A DNA stretch of 64,000 nt, taken from assembly GCA_951406725.2 (NCBI GenBank), contig OX597821.1:78120001-78184000 (forward strand), read 5' to 3'. The DNA comes from Octopus vulgaris (taxonomy: Eukaryota). The notes beneath the pieces are model-generated. The model did not search any database. It was given only the letters and a program-made list of their open reading frames with translations, and was not told the origin of the DNA. Within the stretch, counting starts at the first letter, position 1, and the number at the start of each line of letters is the position of its first letter. This document shows positions 55,340 to 64,000 of this stretch, piece after piece. The translations under genes were made by a program, and so were the position numbers.

Positions 55340-57720
55340 ATCTCAGACGGACAGCACGTTATGCAATGTGCGTGCAGTTCCAAGTAATGCTGACTTTTGC
55401 AATACACCTAGATTGTGGTGGTATTTGAACCTAATGCTCCGATGACAATAGGGATAACCTTTATGTTTGACTCTCGTAGCTGCCACATCCTTAGCGATCT
55501 CAAATCTCAGGTTTCCATATCTATCAACTTTTCTCTTTCTTTCATGATGATATGTTGATCTCACGTCAATTATTAAACCCTCTTCTTTGCCCCCCCTAAA
55601 GTCCTCCGGTGCTTTAATACTTTCTCTGTCTGAGTACAAATCCAAGCGGGGTTTTGCCTTCCCTTTTTCGTCTGAGTACAAATCCAAGCGGGTAACCTCA
55701 TATTCCCACTTACATCATAGTAGCCAGTGTAGATTTTGGGCTACCTTCTCGCGTCTACGCTTGTACTCTTTCTGCACAAGACTATCACAAGTACCAACAA
55801 TGTGAGTCACCTTTTCGACCCTTTTACCACACATTCTGCCGAGGTCCGATGCACTTGTTTGGTATATACTCTTTTTCACTGAGTTGGTATTCAATACCTG
55901 ACCCTGAGAAGCGTATACCTTAGCAGTATACCGCAGCAGATCTTGTTTGCTGTTTACCAAATATTCTGCCATGTTTCTTCTTTCCCTGTTGATGCATTCC
56001 CGTACGCTAATTAGTCCACGTCCACCTTTGACCCTCTTCATGTAGAGCCATACACCTTAGCGTGGCAGGCACCATAAATTGTCATTGTCTTTCGGGTAGT
56101 GCGATCGAGTTGGGTAATCTCCGCTTTTGTCCATTTCAGGATGGGTGCACTATAGCGGACTACAGCAATCGCCCATATGTTGATGTCAGTCCCAAGGTTC
56201 CTTGAGTTCTGTTTATATTTCAAGAGAAGTTTAAGTCGCTTGATGATCTTGTCTTTCACGTTTTTATGCAAGGTATTGTTCAGCTCCAGGATCCCAAGGT
56301 ACTTGTACCATCATAATATGGATCTTCCATTTTCCCTATGCCACTACGATTTATTCCCCCTTCAAAGTAAGCACCACACGTTTCGAGATACCGAATTCCA
56401 TCCTTATATCCTTGCTGTACATTTGCAGTCTCAACCAGCCTCTTCATTTCAGGTTCTGTTTTTCGAACAGTTTTAAATTATCCATGAACAGAAGGAGGTT
56501 GAGGTGAAGTCCATTCTTTCTCAGCTCATAGTGCACGTTGGCCTTGCGTAGGACTACAGAAAATGGGATGACGGCTATAATGAATAACAGGTGAAGAAGA
56601 GTCTTCTTGGAAGATACCTCTTTTGTTTGTTACCTCGGCTAATTGCTGGGTGTTAGAGGAAATACATGTTTTCCAGCTAGGCATGCTGTTCTTAATCAGT
56701 GCACACGCGTTCTCAGCTATTCCACACAGGTCGAAGGTTTCCAAAATCCACGTATGCGGTAACATGTCGGAAGCCTTTTTGAAGTCTATCCAGGCCATGT
56801 ATAAGTCTTTATTGGTACCGTTTACAGTTCTTCATTATCAAATTGTCCATCACAAGGTGCTTCTTGGTGCCTTTGAATCCTTTTCGACATCCCTTTTTTC
56901 TACCAACAGTAGATCGTTTTCCGCAAGGAATGTATAAATTCTTCCTTAGAGGATACGCATTAATACTTTCCACAGGAGGTTACAACAAGCAATGGGTTGG
57001 TAATTGCCAGCTTCATTGCCCTTTAACTGATATTTCATTAACAACGTTGTTTTCTCCTCTACTATCCACTCCGGAACTGCACCGCTCTAATTACAACACA
57101 ATTCTCTTGTGTTTTGACCTAGACCACTTGGGCCAGCAACTTTGAACTATGCCTGGTCCTGCTGCTTTCCATTTAGGCTAATTTGATACCCGTGCATTGA
57201 TATCTTCCGTTCTTATACATACATGGTTCTGTCATTGAGCCTCCGGTTGATGGAGTTCGGATCTCATAGAATAAATCCACTCTGCACGTTGGTTCTGGGA
57301 AATCCCTTGCTTCCTGATGTTATTCCAACATTGGCGGGTTTCTTCTGCTTCAGGAAGTGTATTATCTTCTGTATTTTCCCTTAAGCCCTTTGGATATTTG
57401 AGAATAACCGGTTTTTCTGGAACAGTGACATGCGATCAGCGTAGCGCTGCACCTTTAATGTTTTTGACCATACGCATTGTTTTAGGGTTTCGATCCCAGT
57501 TTTGAATCCTTTCTTTTCTACTTTGTGTCATGATATGCCCTTTCACTTTATTTCCATTTTCCATTGCCCTTTGGACCACTCTTCTATGCGGCTCAGATCT
57601 TTACGCAAAGTTAGAGTATCGCTTTCAATTGTCCGTTTCAACCATGGCTCCTTCTAACCGTCTACATTCATCTCTTTCTTTCCAACCAGTTCACTTACAA
57701 AATTGGAAGCGGATCTGATC
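55340..57720 (-). mobile_element. Degenerate R4/Dong-clade LINE (RT + RLE)
   Basis: MAWIDFKKA.DMLPHTWI, RGIFQ.DS.SP, LFMD.LKLF, GGRGLIS and LQKSALLGTARTL motifs. Confidence 0.82.
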
Positions 57721-59149
57721 AATATATATTAATATACTACACTTCTATATTTAAGAGATAAGGAATTATGTACATTATTTACATTATTTACTTTGTGTTA
57801 ACAACAAACAAGACGAGGACAAATATCCGTCAAATGTGTAAATAATATTACATTAGATATACCGATGTTCACCTCATTTTGAATTTCTGAATGTTTTTCT
57901 TTGATTTTTTTCTTTCTGGTTCCTCTATTTTATCGATGTTTTGTTCTGCTTTTCGGAGACGAAGACAACGCGAAGGTTCAACGAGTGTTTTCTATCGATG
58001 ACAATATTTGAGTGGCAAAGAATGACTTGAGACCGGTTACGATTGCAAGTCACGGTTTACTGCAAAAGTGCTCTCTGTAGAAAGTACTGAGGCAGAACTG
58101 AGCAGAGTATTTTTCCTAGTCGTAATCGGAGATGCCGTGAAGTTTGAAAACTCTTGTTCGAGTATTTTAAAGTTCACCGATCTTAAAACTTAGCATAAAA
58201 GTTTTTTAAAATTCTTTCAATCGTTGGTTTGGTTGGTTGCCACACGATATTTTTCAAGTCAGGCTCTATCCTTTTTAGTATTAATTTTATACATCACATT
58301 TTATGTAGAGAAGAGGAAAGTGTTTTAGAAATAAGATAGACAAGTCTATATTTTGGATAAAGATGTTTTATTTAACAACGATATAACTGGATCTCAACGG
58401 ATCACTGGAAAAAGTGCAGAAGCAAAAACTATAACAAAGATTTATCACCCTTCAAATATAACATTCGGAAACTAAATCTGTGAACTTCTCTTTGTGTGCA
58501 ACAGAATGTTCCAGAAAGTTTACTCAGCATATGGCCAGAAAATGTGTAAAGGTGTGTTTGCGTAATATCTTCCATTATTTATCTTAAACATCCGTACAGG
58601 ATGAGGAAATATAAACTCTGAAATAAGGAATCGAACAATACATTTGCACCTATTTATTGTAAAGCAGATTCAGGTGTTTTCTTAAAGCATTTGCTGAACA
58701 TGCCATAGAAGTAGCAGTGTGGTCGATAAAAAATACTACATCTACACCCGGCAGATGTCTTTCTGTTCCGTCCGTAAAATACGCTCATTGGATTAGCTAA
58801 AATTAAAAATGATGTTTTTGGAGTATAAAGATATACAGAGTGCAATGTGTGAAACTACTGTAAGCCTGTGTGAGTGTGAGAATATAGTAAAATACTGGAT
58901 AGTTTAAATAAGGTACGATAACAGATATTTTTGTTTAAGTGAATTTGTCAAAGAAAAGTTAAAATTGAAGACAATTTTAAGTCTCATAGCAGTTTAGTCC
59001 CTCTCTCCCACTATCGCTCTCTTTCTCTCCCTCTTACAAACTCACAAACACTCGTACACGCTTATAATAATTCTATCATGGTAGAGTCATTAAAATATCA
59101 GATACATTCCTTCAAATTATCTCCTATCACCTTGAAATTACCAGCTCAC

Positions 59150-59234
59150 CTTAGATGTCTTTCTTGGGATACATGTAAAGGTGAGGAACACAATCCGAGT
59201 GCCTTTCAACATAAATCTTTCGATCCCAGCTCAC
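59150..59234 (-). other. Candidate 85-nt non-coding exon, copy 2
   Basis: Same acceptor, donor and length as 17733-17817. Confidence 0.4.
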
Positions 59235-60263
59235 CTGGAGATAAACAACATAAAGCAAAAATGCATGCTGATGTATCTTATGTTTACTTTTTAACTCCGG
59301 ATGATTGTGTAGATTTGGTATTTAGTTAAATCTTAAGATACTGTATTAAACATTGGATTTCATCATACCGCTCGGCGTAAAAGATAAATACCGGTAACAT
59401 ATTGTAAATCTAAATGACTGCTCCATCTCTGCAAATTATTAATTTAATACATACGCGCGCACACTCACACACATGTATGTTACACCAAAATATTTCATCT
59501 CAGATCCAGTGAAGTAGTGCCAAAATCATGGAGAATATGGGCAACGAAAGCTTCTGATACCTATTAGTATATATGTTTATTACAATTTCGTAATAAAATA
59601 GAGTCAAACAGTGGCATTTTTAATGGCTGATAAACCTGTGAAACGATGAGATGTTTTTAGCCTCAACCAAAAAAGTGTGAGATTAAATCAATTGACAATA
59701 AGTGCAGTTTGTTACTGATCGTCGAGTTAGTACGTTACCTAGCTTCATGGTTACAAGGATCAGCGTTCTTAGACGTGTGCAAATGCACAAAAGATTTACA
59801 CACACATGCACACACTCACACGCACACACACGCATTTGTAGAAAAATATGACGAAGGCGAGCAGGTAGAACCTTCGAAGTCACTGTTTCGCCTCTCTTTG
59901 TAAAAGATTTAAGATTAATAAATTACTATCCAATACTAAATGATATAGTGTGCTCCTTCAGTTTAACGTTAAGTAGTTTTCATAACTTGACAGTAATACA
60001 AACATTAATACATATATACATTCGTATACATTCGCTGCTTTCTTCCAAGGAATCTAGTGCTCTTAGCTTGTTTTTCTTTGGGGATGGCCAGATTGGAGAA
60101 ATTTCGAGTATAACCAGCCGAAATTGCAAAGATAATCTGGAATTCGGGTGAGAAAACAAAAATATATATATACAGTGATCCCTCGACGAATCGATCTATG
60201 CTTAAATAATAAACCTCGATAGGTAAACCGTGATATTGCGAGGGATTACCGTATATACATATA

Positions 60264-61874
60264 CAGTGGAGAGAAATAATATTCGTACATGTCAAAATTC
60301 TTTATTTATTTAATTTCTAATGAACATAAATAGGATATACCAATACTATATTTGCATACACATGCATAAACTAAGAATATGCAAAAGAAACTAATAAATT
60401 ATAATAACTATTGAATTTATATACAATTATAAATATTTAGGGGTGAAAAAAGTATTCGTGCAGAATAAATTTATGATTTTCTATGCCATAAAATACTGTT
60501 AAAATAATTGTTTTACTAGAACTTTCTCGTTTGTTCCAATAATCTTATCAGTTGTCATTTTAAGCGTCAAAACGCTAGCTTCTTCATTCAGCACTGAGTC
60601 AACATAAAGTAGTATCGTAATAATGGCGAAAAGTAAAGAACTCACAAATTCAGTGAAAAACTTAATTATTGAACAGTGGAAAGCAGGTAAAAGTCACAGG
60701 AAAATATCAGAAACCCTTTGTATTCCATTTTCTACCATGTCTTCATTTATTCAAAGATATAAAAAATCGGGGAACTGTTGAAAACAGAATAAGATCCGGT
60801 GCACCACGTAAGATTTCTCCTAGATCTTTAAGAAAAATGAAGCGAAGAATCGAAAAAAAAGAAAGAAACGCAATGATCACCAGAAAGGAGTTGCAAGAAG
60901 ATTTGTTAGCTTCAGGGACTAGTGTTACACTACGAACAATCAGCAATGAACTTCATAGGAATGACTGAAGTCATGCTCTCCTAGAAAAACTCCATTGTTG
61001 ACCAAAAGGCATAGAGATGCCCGTATAAAATTTGTTTATGAACATAATGATAAATCTGATATATTCTGGGAAAATATTCTATGGACAGATGAGTCGAAAA
61101 TTGAATTGTTTGGACGAAATTCGTATAGCCATGTTTGGAGGAAAGATGGTACCGCCTATTTGCCAAAAAACACAATTCCTACCGTAAAGTTTGGATTTGG
61201 CAACATCATGGTGTTGGGGTGCTTCTCTGCAAATTGTATTGGCAATTTACATGTGATACACGGTAGAATGAATGCAGAGATGTACCAAAATATTTTGAAC
61301 AATAATTTATGGGACTCTGTAGAAAAGCTCCAGCTTTGTGAAGGTGGATTTTGCAACAGGATAACAACCTTAAGCACAGCGAAGTCTACCAAAAAATGGC
61401 TTGTCGATCACAATATAAAATTATTAGAATGGCCAAGCCAGTCACCTGACTTGAACCCCATTGAAAATTTGTGGCGTTATTTGAAAAATAAAATTCATTC
61501 AAGAGCCCCAATCTGCATTGCAAATTTGAAGAAATTTGTCAAGAAGAATGGGAAAAAAATTCCTAAAGAAACATGTGAGTCATTGATTAAGAACTACAAG
61601 AAGAGATTGGTTGAAGTGGAACTGAATAATGGTTATGCTACGAAGTATTAAATCAGATTTATCAGTTATTTCTGTTCTGTACAAATACTTTTTTCACCCC
61701 TAAATATTTATAATTGAATATAAATTTCCTAGTTCCTATAATTTATTAGTTACTTTTGCATATTCTTAATTTAAACACGTGTATGCAAATATAGTATTGG
61801 TATATCCCATTTATGTTCATTAGAAATTAAATAAATAAAGAATTTTGACATGCACGAATATTTATTTCTCCCTA

Positions 61875-61877
<3 letters not shown>
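60264..61877 (+). mobile_element. Full-length Tc1 element with long (~200-bp) TIRs and frameshifted transposase
   Basis: TA-cagt ... actg-TA ends. TIR 60264-60465 matches 61675-61877. Transposase 60623-61651 has WTDESK, QDN and WPSQSPDLNPIENLW motifs. Confidence 0.95.
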
Positions 61878-61971
<94 letters not shown>

Positions 61972-62035
61972 ATAAATATATATGAAGAAACAAGTCAGGA
62001 TAGAAAATGCAAAAATAATTTAATAAAGAACATTT

Positions 62036-62072
62036 CAGTACCGGTTTCACTCATTGAGACTTTTTCAACTGC
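62036..62072 (-). ncRNA. Degenerate hammerhead motif, U3-A8 variant
   Basis: CAG-UUGAAAA-a-guCUC aau GAGu-GAAA-CCGG-UA-CUG. Confidence 0.5.
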
Positions 62073-62302
62073 AACAATTAAATAATTAAATTTAGAAAAA
62101 TTAAAACAAAAGTCTTTTTAAAAGAATACTTTTATAGTGTTCAAATTTTCCTTGTTTCTGTCTTTCTCTGTCTCTCTTGTTTACTCTTGTGGGTTGGAGG
62201 TCGTTATGAATTCTTGGTAGGGAAGAAGAAGAAGGAGGAGGAGAAGGGGTGGAAGAAGACGAAGAATTTGGGAGTGACATGATTGTAGTATTTTCTTTTC
62301 AT

Positions 62303-62343
<41 letters not shown>

Positions 62344-62449
62344 TAAGCATGTGTGTGTACTTTTCTGTTATTTGCTTTTGATTCAGATTTTACCAGTGCC
62401 ACGTAATTATTAAATATTTTTTCATCCATTCTTCTCTTAAAGCAGTCGT

Positions 62450-62492
<43 letters not shown>

Positions 62493-63383
62493 TCTCCTAG
62501 CTCACACCTTCCTTCTGTGCAAGACACATCTCACACTCATTCACTTAGACACACACACCTATCACACCTTCCACATTCCTCTTGCCCAATTCTCGTTCGT
62601 TCCTATCTCTTCACACATCCGCGCTTTCATCACACCCGCCAAACATACGAGTTCCGTATGTGCCATTTATCACACATTAATGCTCGTCTATACTTGCACA
62701 TCAACATTCACCTTTCCTTCCTTCTTAACTTCCTTTCATAGAACCGCATTCCCTAACACTTCGTCTGCTTCTTTCTCTCTCTCACTGACAACTCCGTTTA
62801 GGCAGTCCCACATGCTTTTGTCTTTCTTCCAGTAAAGGTCTCACGTCCGTAATGTTACAACTATTTCTATTCCCATTAAAGTGTTAAGTTAATACCACTT
62901 ACGTTGAACCTTGTCTTTCTTGTAATATCTAATTTTATTGTTCATTTCATTCCCACTGTTTGTCTGTCTGTTTGTTCATCTAGTTATCTGTGTATATGTG
63001 CTATATGTACCTACATATGTATGTATGCATGTCTGTATGTATGTACGTATGTTTGTATGTATGTGTGTATAGAAGTAATAACGTAATGATACACAACTTC
63101 TGGAATAAAGCGTATTCTACTTGAAAAGGACTGAGATGACCAATTCGTTTATAAGTTTTTCATTGCCTGGAAAAGAAAAGGTAAAATTTGTTAAAGATTT
63201 ATGAAGTTATCTGTATTTCTCAATGATCATGATTCGATATATACATACATTCATACATATCTGTATGAATGTTAACACGCACAAAGATACGTATATGCCA
63301 TGCACACAAACCAGGGAATAACCATCCATCCATCCATCCATCCATCCATCCATCCATCCATCCATCCATCCAACCATCCATCC

Positions 63384-63495
<112 letters not shown>

Positions 63496-63564
63496 GCCTG
63501 CCTGGCTGTCTGTCTATGTATGTATATATGTATGTATCTATAAGTATATATATCTACGCTTTTT

Positions 63565-63617
<53 letters not shown>

Positions 63618-63782
63618 ATTAGAAAAACCCCCACCTTTTATCAATTAAAAATGAACAATTAAATTACACCCTCTAGAAAATTATATATAATAGAAATATT
63701 AAAATTAAAATAACAATAAAATATCAATGATTAAGTAAATTGCAAAAAAATAAATAAAAACGTATATAATAGGTAGAATAAT

Positions 63783-63866
63783 GACACGTGTTTCGTGGCT
63801 ATATTTAAGAAATAATTATTGTAGTAGTAAAATCACTTCGATATAAATATAGCCACTCATCAGGTT
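63783..63866 (-). ncRNA. Hammerhead motif with long stem II in a PLE-type repeat
   Basis: CUGAUGA-GUGGCUAUAUUUA..loop..UAAAUAUAGCCAC-GAAA-CACGUG-UC; stem I pairs poorly. Confidence 0.65.
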
Positions 63867-63916
63867 CAAAATAAACTAGAATAATAAATAAATTAATTAA
63901 TAAATATACATTAGTA

Positions 63917-63957
<41 letters not shown>

Positions 63958-63958
<1 letters not shown>

Positions 63959-64000
63959 GGCACAGGAGTGGATGTGTGGTAAGTAGCTTGCTAACAAACC
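63958..64000 (+). mobile_element. 5' end of SINE family 'A' (runs off window)
   Basis: ggcacaggagtggatgtgtggtaagtagcttgct head. Confidence 0.6.

Overview
AT-rich, repeat-dominated eukaryotic DNA. It is most likely a cephalopod (Octopus-type) genome, inferred from abundant tRNA-derived SINE families and dense (TA)n/(TATC)n/(TAA)n microsatellites. Most of the window is degenerate mobile DNA: SINEs, Penelope-like elements (PLEs), Tx1/L1-, RTE- and R4/Dong-clade LINEs, Tc1/mariner/maT, Chapaev3, MULE and Helitron/Helentron elements. One plausible host gene lies on the minus strand, a small secreted PAN/Apple-domain protein (start exon ~46.2 kb, 330-nt main exon 39.7-40.0 kb). It sits in an old tandem duplication with ~41 kb offset (~4-20 kb vs ~40-63.5 kb), whose left copy looks pseudogenised. 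Main observations: at least five minimal hammerhead-ribozyme motifs, two with a U3-A8 core instead of C3-G8; a Tx1-type LINE apparently targeting (TATC)n; and an inverted copy of a candidate 5' exon in only one duplicate. Family names and identity levels were judged by eye; no database searches were run.
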